Shown here in pieces: positions 51,301-64,000 of a stretch of DNA of 64,000 nt. The notes below the pieces were generated by a model. That model was not told where the DNA came from. It made no database searches and saw nothing but the letters and a program-made list of their open reading frames with translations. The DNA lies in NCBI GenBank assembly GCA_010909165.1, contig MU008165.1:2046001-2110000 (forward strand). Direction: 5' to 3'. This DNA comes from Anthoceros angustus (taxonomy: Eukaryota > Plantae > Anthocerotophyta). Positions within the stretch are counted from its first letter, which is position 1, and the number at the start of each line of letters is the position of its first letter. Made by a program: the position numbers and the translations under genes.

Positions 51301-54300
51301 TAACTAAAATAATCAAAATTAATTCAAATGATTATTTAATACTTTCTTCTCAATATAAATGAGATGATCTAAATCATCTAGGTGTACTCGTTGGATAGGG
51401 TGGCTCCATCTACAATAGGTGTACTCACTAGATGGGATGGCCCTATCCACCATAGGATAGCGCCAAAGCTACTTGATCCGGATGCCTGTGTTCATATATA
51501 GCAAGACACCATTGCAATTCAACATACAAGAAAAGCCTTTCATCTTCGTTACTTTGGATTGCATTTTCTCCATCTTGTCAAGCTTTGTTCAATCCGCATA
51601 CGACATTATATCCATCTCTACTCTCCCACTCACAATATCTCTTATCATTTGAATGTCCTCTTGGATGGAAATGAGGTCATTCGAAATTGATGTGGAAGAT
51701 GACTTCGTCTTGAGATGGTAAACCTTTTCTAATCTCTTCTCTAAAGTGTATTTCACGTCTACATAATGGGCATGTACGCCACACACATATGCAACCATGG
51801 ATCTAAACATTTTTATGATACAAATGAGCACATATATTTATTTTAGTAATCTCGCCCACCTCAAGACTATCAAGGCAAAGACAAGTCACTTGAATCATCG
51901 GCTTCTTCATTTTGATAAACATTTGTAGATACATTGTAAATTGAAGACGTGTTCATGATTTCTTACGTTCTTGAGGTCCAATTCTTAAGAGTTTTAAAGT
52001 GGTTTATTGACAATAGGCTGGTTTCTTCGTTCTTTGGGGTCCAATTCTTAAGAGTTTTAAAGTGGTTTAGTGACAATAGGCTGGTTTCTTACGTTCTTTG
52101 GGATTTTGGGAGCGCTCTTATCAATGTGCTTTGGTGAGGTGAATCGTGTCATCCTCATCCAAGCACATTCAAGCGTTAGGTGGCGATTTAGGCGGCTCAT
52201 GTATCGTGTATGATTTGGAGCTTTTGATCCAACATTGGCCATGTTATCGAGCTTGGCTGGTTGGATGGTGTCGTTTGAGGTTTACTTCGTTATGAGTCTC
52301 AAGCTTTGAGTGGATTGGGAGTTGGAGGTAGTCGGTGTTTAGGGTTCGTGTGTAGGTGTTCTTATTCAACATTGTCCACTTGTCTGCTGGAGGTCATGTG
52401 AAGGTCTCTTTGGAGGGCTTTGTCCTATTTTGGTGTATATTTTCAACAAAACCAGAATTGTTTTGAAAACCCATAAATATTCATGTAAATTTAATCAGAA
52501 AAATGACTTATCTATACAAAAATAGAAGATAGTTATATGATAATTATTAAATAAATAACTAAAATAATCAAAATAATTCAAATGATTATTTAATACTTTC
52601 TTCTCAATATAAATGAGATGATCTAAATCATCTAGGTGTACTCGTTGGATAGGGTGGCTCCATCTATAATAGGTGTACTCACTAGATGGGATGGCCCTAT
52701 CCACCATAGGATAGTGCCAAAGCTACTTGATCCGGATGCCTCTGTTCATATATAGCAAGACACCATTGCAATTCAACATACAAGAAAAGCCTTTCATCTT
52801 CGTCGTTACTTTGGATTGCATTTTCTCCATCTTGTCGGAAGCTTTGTTCAATCCGCATACGACATTATATCCATCTCTACTCTCCACTCACAATATCTCT
52901 TATCATTTGAATGTCCTCTTGGATGGAAATGAGGTCATTCAAATTGATGTGGAAGATGACTTCGTCTTGAGATGGTAAACCTTTTCTAATCTCTTCTCTA
53001 AAGTGTATTTCACGTCTACATAATGGGCATGTACGCCACACATATGCAACCATGGATCTAAACATTTTTATGATACAAATGAGCACATATATTTATTTTA
53101 GTAATCTCGCCCACCTCAAGACTATCAAGGCAAAGACAAGTCACTTGAATCATCGGCTTCTTCATTTTGATAAACATTTGTAGATACATTGTAAATTGAA
53201 GACGTGTTCATGATTTCTAACAATATTCTGATGTTATGTAGGCTAGTATAACCGTAATGCACGAAGAATAGTAAATGTTATGAGAAAAACCTCTTCAAAA
53301 GGTTATGAAAATACCCTCTTTTCTAAAGTATGTGAAAGAAGCATATATAGGCCATCATTTTGATAATGACCTTGGATTTTGTACATCTAAATTTGACCTA
53401 CTTTTGTTTATTTTAGGCTGTCATTTTCTATTTTGTCCTTGGATTTCGATCATGTTTGGTTTTATTTTGTACTTGATTTGGCCCATGTGTCATTTTTATT
53501 TTGTCCTTGGATTTCGCCCATGTGAACTCTTTCGAAGATATGTTTGAAGAACACGTACATCTCACATAGACAGATTTAAAGGCAGATATTCTTTTGAAAA
53601 GCATATTGTTAAAAAAAAGTGAATGATTTTTGTGGAAAAGAAAACAACGATAATCCTAAATCCTAACAAAACTACAACTAATGTTGTGCATGACAACTAC
53701 AGTGCATAGCCAAGGATGCTAATACATGGAACTGTAACAAGGCCATGAGGCGGGGCATGAGGTTAGGTGAAAAACCAGGGTAAACTGTCTTGAGATGATA
53801 AACCACTATTTTGTATTCTCTTCTCTAAAGTATACTTCACGTCTACATAGTGGGCATGTCGTCACGCCACACACATATGCAACCATGGATCAAACATTTT
53901 TGTGATACAAATGAGCACATATGTTTATTTTAGTAATCTCTTGGCCCACCTCAAGTTTATCAAGGCAAGCGCAGTCACTTCAATCATCGGCTTCTTCATT
54001 TTGATAAACATATGTAGATCCTCTCTATCTCTACTCTCTCAATAGAGTTTCTCATTAAGTAAGTTAAGTCGTTATAGTCGCTATGAAAATCGTTATGTCT
54101 ATTCGCACGGATACTAAATATTCATCTCCTTATTTTATATTTTATTATATTTTAATAATAAACTAATTTAAACATCATATAATTAGATTATAATAATAAA
54201 ATCTTCATGATGATGAGATAAACACGGATGAGCTTCTTACAATGCACAAGACTAGATGAAATCCTCAATGAAATGCGGAATGAAATGATTGCAACAATAA

Positions 54301-57300
54301 ATGGGATTGACATTATTTACGAAATAAATGCTGAGGAATGTGATTCTCACACACATAAGCGAGCATTTTCCGCATAAATGATGTGGTTAGTGATGATGAG
54401 ACGAGGCATGGATGAGTGTGGGTCCCTTTTCTACTAAGGTGGGTGATTCTAAATCTTTACCTAGCTCTTTGTCTATTATAGTCCACTTGATTGAATTTTC
54501 CTATAATAGGACTTGGTTCTTAACAACTTGTACTATAGTGTGCCTCAGCTATTCGCACCAAGGGTATCCACTCCTCTAGACACCCCATCTAAGTATCGAT
54601 CAAGCACAAGATGCTTAGTAACCACGTTCTTATAAATGTTGTCTATTTGGCTTAAGAAATGGTGGCATTTCTTCCTCACGAGCTCGTTTTGAAAGTGTCT
54701 TTTGTTTAAGCATGGTGGCGATAGCTGGAGGAGCTCTCCACCGTGCGGCCTGCGACTTGCGCCTCTACATCACTAAAGAGCGGCATATGTGACTTGTGTG
54801 TGTAGGACCTAGCTACAGGCGTCGTGCAGCGTTTCCGCCATGGTCTAGGGGCCCTACCATACGTGAATGCATGTCCATATGGCCCTTCGGTATGCCACTA
54901 CGAGTGATGGGGAAAAATTGAAATGTGTATGAATTGAGAGTGTAAAACGTCTTGAAAGTCTCACATGGTGTGAGCCTATGGTGCCTATTAAGGCCCTAGG
55001 TTGTGCGATTCGACCAATATATCGTTTTCCGGTCTCATGGGGTTAGGAAGAGCCAACTTGCGGTTCTCTTGCAGCCCTTGCGGTAGTGGATTACCACCGG
55101 TCGTGACACAAAGCCGAACATTGCGAGAACGGCATCACATAAAGCCCTCAAGCTTGAGGCAAGGTTGGTGGAATCCTTTGACGAATGATAGTGAGAAAGA
55201 GCTCATACATTTGCTGCCCGTGTGTATGTGTTCCCATACTAACGACCCCTATAACTATATGTTACACATGTGCATAGGTATATCTAACAAAGTGGCACCC
55301 TCGGCGGACCTCACCACATTCAAGTGCAAAAGGCTTGATGTCCTAACCTAAGGTGGCTTGTCATCGACTCATCATTCGCTAAGCTTTCCTTCACGGCTCC
55401 TGTTTGCCTAACAAGCCGTGCACACAAATCCGTCGATCTCTTGATTTAGAAGGTTGCTTCTTGGGAAATGAAATGCTCTCTACTAACCGAGTCCTTAGAG
55501 GTTTTCAGCTTCACGGAGGAGGAACTTGCTGCCTCGACTTAGCGGAATAAAAATTCCAGAAATAGTCCCAATAGTAGTTCCCATGGGGCTTGTCAACACC
55601 AAAGTGTATACCCTCATGTTTGTGCTTGATCATTAGATCCAAGTCTTCCAAGCACCGTCGGGCAATTATTGGGTCTTCCTCATCCCACACTATTGTTGCG
55701 ATGTTGAACTTCTTAGGCTCCGAGTCTTAACAAGGTCCGTGATCATCCATCCGCCATGAAAGTTCGTCCACAAAAACATTGCGTCGATCTAATTCTTTAG
55801 AGTTTTAAAGTGGTTTATTGACCATAGGCTGGTTTCTTACGTTCTTGAGGTCCAATTCTTAAGAGTTTTAGAGTGATTTATTGAGGATAGGTTGATTTCT
55901 TACGTTCTTGATTTCTTAAGAGTTTTAAAGTGGTTTATTGACAATAGGCTGGTTTCTTACGTTCTTTGGGGTCCAATTCTTAAGAGTTTTAAAGTGGTTT
56001 AGTGACAATAGGCTGGTTTCTTCGTTCTTTGGGATTTTGGGAGCGCTCTTATCAATGTGCTTTGGTGAGGTGAATCGTGTCATCCTCATCCAAGCACATT
56101 CAAGCGTAGTGGCGGTTTAGGCGGCTCATGTATCGTGTATGATTTGGAGCTTTTGATCCTACATTGGCCATGTTATCGAGGCTTGGCTGGTTGGATGGTG
56201 TCGTTTGAGGTTTACTTCGTTATGAGTCTCAAGCTTTGAGTGGATTGGGAGTTCGGAGGTAGTCGGTGTTTAGGTTCGTGTGTAGGTGTTCTTATTCAAC
56301 ATTGTCCACTTGTCTGCTGGAGGTCAGATTCGGTCTCGATGTGAAGGTCTCTTTGGAGGGCTTTGTCCTATTTTGGTGTATATTTTCAACAAAACCAGAA
56401 TTGTTTTGAAAAACCCATAAATATTCATGTAAATTTAATCAGAAAAATGACTTATCTATACAAAAATAGAAGATAGTTATATGATAATTATTAAATAAAT
56501 AACTAAAATAATCAAATTAATTCAAATGATTATTTAATACTTTCTTCTCAATATAAATGAGATGATCTAAATCATCTAGGTGTACTCGTTGGATAGGGTG
56601 GCTCCATCTACAATAGGTGTACTCACTAGATGGGATGGCCCTATCCACCATAGGATAGTGCCAAAGCTACTTGATCCGGATGCCTCTGTTCATATAGCAA
56701 GACACCATTGCAATTCAACATACAAGAAAAGCCTTTCATCTTCGTCGTTACTTTGGATTGCATTTTCTCCATCTTGTCGGAAGATTTGTTCAATCCATAC
56801 GACATTATATCCATCTCTACTCTCCCACTCACAATATCTCTTATCATTTGAATGTCCTCTTGGATGGAAATGAGGTCATTCGAAATTGATGTGGAAGGTG
56901 ACTTTCGTCTTGAGATGGTAAACCTTTTTCGTAATCTCTTCTCTAAAGTGTATTTCACGTCTACATAATGGGCATGTCGCACCCGCATATGTAACCATGG
57001 ATCTAAACATTTTTATGATACAAATGAGCACATATATTTATTTTAGTAATCTCGCCCACCTCAAGACTATCAAGGCAAAGACAAGTCACTTCAATCATCG
57101 GCTTCTTCATTTTGATAAACATTTGTAGATACATTGTAAATTGAAGACGTGTTCATGATTTCTAACATAATATTCTGAGATGTTATGTAGGCTAGTATAA
57201 CCGTAATGCACGAAGAATAGTAAATGTTATGAGAAAAACCTCTTCAAAAGGTTATGAAAAATACCCTCTTTTCTAAAGTATGTGAAAGAAGCATATACCT

Positions 57301-59559
57301 TGCATATATAGGCCATCATTTTGATAATGACCTTGGATTTTGTACATCTAAACTTTGACCTACTTTTGTTTATTTTAGGCTGTCATTTTCTATTTTGTCC
57401 TTGGATTTCGATCATGTTTGGTTTTATTTTGTACTTGATTTGGCCCATGTGTCATTTTTATTTTGTCCTTGGATTTCGCCCATGTGAACTCTTTCAAGAT
57501 ATGTTTGAAGAACACGTACATCTCACATAGAGATTTAAAGGCGGATATTCTTTTGAAAAGCATATTGTTAAAAAAATTGAATGATTTTTGTGGAAAAGAA
57601 AACAACGATAATCCTAAATCCTAACAAAACTACAACTAATGTTGTGCATGACAACTACGATTGCATAGCCAAGGATGCTAATACATGGGAATAACAAGGC
57701 CATGAGGCGGGGCATGAGGTTAGGTGAAAAACCAGGGTAAACTGTGGTCTTGAGATGATAAACCACTATTTGTATTCTCTTCTCTAAAGTATACTTCACG
57801 TCTACATAGTGGGCATGTCGTCACGCCACACACATATGCAACCATGGATCAAACATTTTTGTGATACAAATGAGCACATATGTTTATTTTAGTAATCTCT
57901 TGGCCCACCTCAAGTTTATCAAGGCAAGCGCACAGTCACTTCAATCATCGGCTTCTTCATTTTGATAAACATATGTAGATCCTCTCTCTACTCTCTCAAT
58001 AGAGTTTCTCATTAAGTAAGTTAAGTCGTTATAGTCGCTATGAAAATCGTTATGTCTATTCGCACGGATACTAAATATTCATCTCCTTATTTTATATTTT
58101 ATTATATTTTTAATAATAAACTAATTTAAACATCATATAATTAGATTATAATAATAAAATCTTCATGATGATGAGATAAACACGGATGAGCTTCTTACAA
58201 TGCACAAGACTAGATGAAAATCCTCAATGAAATGCGGAATGAAATGATTGCAACAATAAATGGGATTGACATTATTTACGAAATAAAATCTGTGAGGAAT
58301 GTGATTCTCACACACATAAGCGAGCATTTTCCGCTTTATAAATGATGTGGTTAGTGATGATGAGACGAGGCATGGATGAGTGTGGGTCCCTTTTCTACTA
58401 AGGTGGGTGATTCTAAATCTTTACCTAGCTCTTTGTCTATTTGGCTTAAGAAATGGTGGCATTTCTTCCTCACACACATAATCGAGCATTTTCCGCATAA
58501 ATGATGTGGTTAGTGATGATGAGACGAGGCATGGATGAGTGTGGGTCCCTTTTCTACTAAGGTGGGTGATTCTAAATCTTTACCTAGCTCTTTGTCTATT
58601 ACGGATACTAAATATTCTTATATGGGTAAATGCCGTAAATTAGAATCGTAGGTAGAGCAATTACAAGCATTAACCCGATTCGGTTACCTCCAAGAGTTCT
58701 TGGCATGAGCGAGGCCAGGGACCTATATGTACGAGAAACAAGAATGAAAGCGGCCATTCTAGACTCATCGGCCCAACTCCTCGCTATGAAAATCGTTATG
58801 TCTATTATAGTCCACTTGATTGAATTTTCCTATAATAGGACTTGGTTCTTAACAACTTGTACTATAGTGTGCCTCAGCTATTCGCACCAAGGGTATCCAC
58901 TCCTCTAGACACCCCATCTAAGTATCGATCACATCTCACCACAAGAGGTGGAGGCGGATCTCTCCAGTGACTGAGAGGGCGAAGACTGCTTTGGATGGAA
59001 TTAATTCTGACAGTGCGCCCGGAGAGGTAGGCGGACCTGCCCGTCCGGTCGCGGCGGCCAAAGTGCGTACTCTTGGACTAGTCCCTGCGGAGGATACGGA
59101 GACACAAGTCGGGAGAAGGCATGGCACTTGGCGACAATCACGGGCGGCGGTGATGGGGAAAAATTGAATGATTTTTGTGATACAAATGAGCACATATGTA
59201 GATCCTCTCTATCTCTACTCTCTCAATAGAGTTTCTCATTAAGTAAGTTAAGTCGTTATAGTCGCTATGAAAATCGTTATGTCTATTCGCACCAAGGGTA
59301 TCCACTCCTCTAGACACCCCATCTAAGTATCGATCAAGCACAAGATGCTTAGTAACCACGTTCTTATAAATGATGTGGTTAGTGATGATGAGATAAACAC
59401 GGATGCTATGGAGGTATTTGAACGGGAAGTCATGGCAGAAGAAGGCGGTGGGCCGGTGAGTGGCGTGCTCAAGCCTTGGAGCGATCGCTGCCCGGTGATC
59501 CACGAGTCCACCTTGATGATCCCCAACATTAGCGTCGGCGGTCAGCCCTGCCATGCGCT

Positions 59560-60440
59560 GCACAAGCCACGGACAAAGTCGGCGCGGTGGGAAGGCGTCG
59601 AATGGGACCCGGCAAGGGACTCGGTCGGAGGAACCTTAGGAAGTTGGTAGTCGAGCTCTTACAGCGAAGGTGATAACCAAGACATCAAACCTTTGGTGAG
59701 GGCGCAACTCCTCGCTATGAGCAGGAGGCACGGAAGGGCAAAGGCGTACGAGGCGAATTGAGTCAGGGGGACGCTCTTCAAACCCGTGCAGTTGGACAAA
59801 GAATTACGGTAAGATCGAGCGACTACATTCAGCGGCAATGAAAAGGATGCACAAAGCATACACGATTGGTTGGACAAGCTCGACAAACACAGCAGCGACG
59901 GAGAAGGGCGATCTTAAAAAATCGATTTTGTGTTATGTCCTTGGAGGCTATGCCTACAGTGGTGGAGGCAAGAGAGGCAGTGGAGATTGGAATGGAAGCG
60001 ATCTCACGTTTGGCAATCTTCTTGGAGAGCTTGTCAGATGAAAAGGAGCTTTATCACCGATTGGAAGATACAACAACTGGAGCGATTCAAGACTATTGCG
60101 ATAAATTTCTTCAACTCACCTTGGACATGCCCGGCAGGCGAAGAAGCGAAGATCGAGCGGTTCATCGTGACGAAGAATGATCTCGGTGGCGTGACAAAGC
60201 GGATCAAACACCAGGGCGTGCATGAGAAATCAACTACGGTAGCAATAAATACAAGCATCTCAACACGGCGGGAGGCGTCGAGGAGATGGGGTCGGTGGGA
60301 TCTGGCGAAGCCGTCAAAGATTCTCGAAGAGGAGAAAAATACCATGAGAAACACTTGTGTTTCACAGCATACTCTGGAACCACGGATCCGGGCTTGCCCA
60401 CATAGGAAGGAGTTCATCGCTGGCTTAAGGAAGCGGTAAG
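59560..60440 (+). pseudogene. gag remnant
   Basis: TGAIQDYCDKFLQLTLDMP...EEAKIERF, and a degenerate zinc knuckle ending IRACP. Confidence 0.7.
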
Positions 60441-60679
60441 TCTACTCGTACCTCTGGACGGACTTATGTCAGTGGTCACTCGATCACCATAGAAGGTGGT
60501 GACCATAGCAGCTCACGATGTCTCGAGATTGTGCCATGTGTAACAAAACTGAGGGTACATGTAAAGGATCATGTGCCAATCAAGTTGTTAGTGAGGCGAT
60601 GGAGAAAGCCACTAGTTTGCTGAACTAGTGCTAGTCACCACTATGTCTCATTAGTGCGAGGGTTAGTCATACGGGACAC

Positions 60680-63420
60680 GGACATCCTGTATGACCACGG
60701 ATGGGCGAGACAGAAAGCTGTACATGCGAGAGTTGCCTTCCCGGTGGTTACGGAGGTCACATTCAGTGATGCCAACCACATGCCATGACATGATCATTGG
60801 CAAACCAGCTAAACACTCCAATGGGTTGGAGATGGTGTCAAATAATGAGTTCGATCAAGTAGCGACATGATGAAAGGGAAATCGTCCCGAAAACACTTGT
60901 TCTTGTATCTCTTAAAAGCTTCGCCGACAGTTCTGTGTGTAACGTCTCAAAAGGTTCTCCCTTTAGAAGGAAGTAGTCACGCGTCTGCTTAAGCAGAAGA
61001 TGGCGGAGATGAAGGACTGTGGCAGTATGAGGACGTTTTGCAATCTCAGGCCCACCCGGAGGCTATCGACCCAGGCACAATTAGTACACATCTGGCCTTG
61101 AGCATACCACCTTCATTTTTCTGCATTTGATATTGAAGATCAAGCGTCGGGTTGGCCAATTCTTCTGACAAGGGTTCATCCGATTGGTCTATGCTCCGTG
61201 TTGTTGGTGGGAAAACGGATGGAGGTGGCGTCTATGTATAAACTAAAGGTTTTGAAAAGCGAGCCCTTTTTAAGCGTGTACGGATGTCATAGGCGAAATA
61301 TTAGACCAGTAGGGCCGGATATTTTACCAAGGTGGATCTGCCTGTCCATCAGTTTCGAAGGATGAATATAAAGCTGCGTTAGCGAGACATGGAGTTCATC
61401 GTGATGCCCGGCCTCACAAATGCACCGACCACCTTTGTCGATGCGAAATCCTAGCCTCCTTGGTAGTGGCGTCGAGGTTTCCTCGGCGACATCTAATATC
61501 TGCGTCGATCTGCGGACCATTGTGAGTTAGTAGGAAGGTGTTTGATCTCCTCGCAAACAAATTGCAAAGCGACAAATGTGTATTTATGAAGGAGGAATGT
61601 GAATACCTAGGCCATCGATCGATGCGAGATGGTATCGAGTGGACACGAGAAAAATCAAAGCGATATCGGTGGAAGGCGCGGGATATCACCGTTGCGTGGG
61701 TTCACAGGCATCTCGCTTCTAGGAGGTTCGCCGGGGATTCAGCAGATTGCTGTCCCATTGTGAGGCGCTCATGCATGCGAGCTTGTTAGGACCTACGGAT
61801 CGAGGCTTTTCCCTCGAGGAGGCTCTAAATCATGTCCCTAGCGTTGGCCAATCCAAAGTATTACCTTGCACACCGATGCTTGGACTTCGCCATGGGGCGG
61901 TACTCTCCCGGAGGCAAGGTCATTGCCTGAGTCACGGGGCTGCAGGTGATTGAACTCGCCGTACATGACAAAGAGATGTTGGCCATAGTGCAGAACTTGG
62001 CGTCATTACACCTTGGTCAGTTCACATACCGACCATCATTCATTGACACTTTTGATCAACCCTTTGAGCGCTAGGCGGCCGTTGGTGGTGAGTATTTGAG
62101 ACTTCAATTTGAAATCGGATATGTCAGGACCACTAATGTAGTGGCGATGCCTGAGCCGCGGGCTGCACCCTCAGGCTCAACACCATCGACTTGGTGAGAG
62201 AGGCCCTTCAGCGAGACCAACATTATGGACAATTTATCAGCGGTGATATGGATGCGATCAGTACCTACCCCACTCATGCGAGAATACACATTGAAGATGC
62301 GTGCTTGTATAGAAAGGTCGTTATACGAACAACTAGCGAGATGTGAAGAGGTCCATTCTTCATGATCTCCACGGACCCCATCTCGGGCCATCTTGGAGTC
62401 GATAAAACATATGCTAGAGTAAAGGAGCATTTTCTTTGGGCGGCTGGTGATGCCATTAATTGGTGCGTTCGCACCTCTTGCCGACAAGCTAAGGCGAAAT
62501 CGGAAGCAGGGATGCACTTCCTCTGCAGATCCCCACTGGCGATTCAGTCCATCTCCATGGACTTTATCACACTGCCTCGTCTGGGGTAGTGGGCAGATGC
62601 AGGTGGTCATGGACCCTTTGTCAAAACTTGATCCCTACCACCAATGTTACGGCGAAACTAGCTCGGCTCTTCATCAGAAATTTTAGGCTTCATGGAGCTC
62701 GGACGATGTCGTGTCCAGCGAGATCTGAAGTTTACCTCGAGCCGGAAGACCTTCACGAGGCAGAGAATCCAAGCACCTCTCGTCCTCATGTCACCGGTCG
62801 GACGGCGAGCGGAAAAACTGTCGGTGCTTGAAGACATGCTGACACTTCCTCCACGACAAGCAAGGCGTGGAAACCTTGTTACCTCTCTTGGAATACGCCT
62901 ACAACTCTTCCCATGCGACCACGGTAGCTCCTTCAAGCTCCTACGGCGCGTGCCCCCTCATGGCCCTATGGCCCTCGGCACAACAGGATGGCGGGCCGCG
63001 GGCAGCTGACGTGTTCAATCAGCAAGCGCAGCAAGCTCACGGCGGCTCGAATCGTCTGGCCGGTCGGCTAACCGCAGCGACATGAGCTACGGTCGAGGCG
63101 AGATGGTGTGGCTCGGATGAAACCACATCGATACCCCTCCACAGTTCGTGACACAAACTTAGCTACCGATTTGCGGACCATTAGGATCTGCCAGTGAACC
63201 GGTGGCGTTCATTCGAGCTCCCCGTACGCATATGTAAGACATTCCATGTCTCCATCGCAAACCCGTCGTCGACCACCGCGCCGGCGAGACCACGGGGGCC
63301 CGGGTTGTCGGCAAACGGCCCTCGTGCGTTGTTCCTAAAATGTTGCCCGCGGACAGCGCGAGATGTTGCTTCGACAACGCATCAAACCTCGACCCCTCCC
63401 TCCCAACCAGCACACCAACA
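60680..63420 (+). pseudogene. pol remnant (RT, RNase H, integrase)
   Basis: YFTKVDL, GLTNAPTTF, KCVFMKEECEYLGH, HDKEMLAIV, SGHLGVDKTYARVKEHFLW, SISMDFITLP, LLPLLEYAYNSS, KTFHVS. Confidence 0.88.
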
Positions 63421-63612
63421 AAGCGGCGAGGAGACCTCCATCCGGGGAACTGGCCGGATCATCCAGGCCGCCAGCGCCCGGCTCCGTCATCGCACCATCA
63501 AATTATACGGTGGTGGCGAGCAAGCGAGCTTGCATCACGGGAAGCGGCGGTGGTGTCATGATTTCCTCGACTCCGGCTTACCCTTGATGGTCGGGAGGAC
63601 GAGACCACGCCT

Positions 63613-63978
63613 AGTGGGGAGAATGTCGCGGACTCACTCGCCGGATAGGGTACCACAAACACGTCTCGCTATGGGCGCGGTGCTAGCAACCTAACGGACG
63701 GAAATAGTAGCGCCCGCGAATAGTATGATGGCGGACTTACTAGGTAGAAGCAGTAAAACCAGACTAACCACGTTATCGTGGTGGGAAATATTGATTAATA
63801 TGGGTAAATGCCCGTGAAATTAGAATCGTGGGTAGAAGCGGTAAAACGTAACGATTGGTTACCTCCAAGAGTTCTTGGCATGAGCAGGCAGGCGGGACCT
63901 ATATGTACGAGAAACAAGAATGAAAGCGGCCGTTCCTAGACTCCATTGCTCACCGGACCCAGCTTGAGGATTGTTGCA
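63613..63978 (+). repeat. PPT (AGTGGGGAGAA) and 3' LTR starting TGTCGCGG at 63624
   Basis: A purine run directly precedes TG, and the downstream sequence is shared with 58619-58770. The right end is not resolved. Confidence 0.7.
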
Positions 63979-64000
63979 GCATGGATGAGTGTGGGTCCCT

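Larger units (their letters stand above)
23968..58610. repeat. Tandem array of a ~3.95-kb gene-bearing unit: seven unit-boundary markers plus partial re-iterations, ~35 kb
   Basis: Marker AAAATCTTCATGATGATGAGATAAAC at ~27411, 31358, 35449, 42475, 49034, 54198 and 58156. Clean periods are ~3947 and ~3958 bp. Confidence 0.95.
58619..63978 (+). mobile_element. Ty3/gypsy LTR retrotransposon (chromovirus-like pol), very low sequence quality, apparently embedded in the array
   Basis: LTR-like sequence at 58619-58770 matches ~63798-63945. Order is gag, RT, RNase H, integrase, PPT, TG. Array sequence resumes at ~63979. Confidence 0.85.

Noticed and set aside
23968-58610. rDNA, 5S, snRNA or histone gene array
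   Set aside because: I recognise no rRNA, snRNA or histone sequence in the unit.
63260-63600. Chromodomain at the end of the right-hand integrase
   Set aside because: The position is suitable but the sequence is too degraded to identify the motif.

Overview
Eukaryotic, plant-type heterochromatic DNA with no recognisable intact host gene. A non-seed land plant or streptophyte is my inference, and the sequence reads like an error-prone long-read consensus with many frameshifts. The window is a nested stack of elements. (1) A degenerate TE-like stretch (1-1346) is followed by a hairpin-rich AT region. (2) A + strand non-LTR retrotransposon carries a coiled-coil/RRM ORF1 and an APE-RT ORF2 of RTE/RTEX type. 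(3) Its RT is split by a 6.56-kb TGTGG...CCACA insertion with a perfect 5-bp TSD (TTCGC) and no internal LTR pair, which makes it a giant solo LTR. (4) About 545 bp further on is a related 8.6-kb TGTGG...CCACA unit that abuts a polypurine tract and a non-chromoviral Ty3/gypsy integrase, identifying it as a 3' LTR. Both giant LTRs carry a long accessory gene, with its own TATA box, inside U3. (5) A compact AT-rich block holds four different intronless RING-finger genes plus an unknown protein with 21-aa repeats. Part of this block is amplified into a ~35-kb tandem array of ~3.95-kb units. (6) A low-quality Ty3/gypsy element sits at the right end. The strongest candidates for new biology are the gene-bearing giant LTRs and the amplified, virus-like RING E3-ligase cassette. 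Many internal duplications and junctions may be assembly artefacts.
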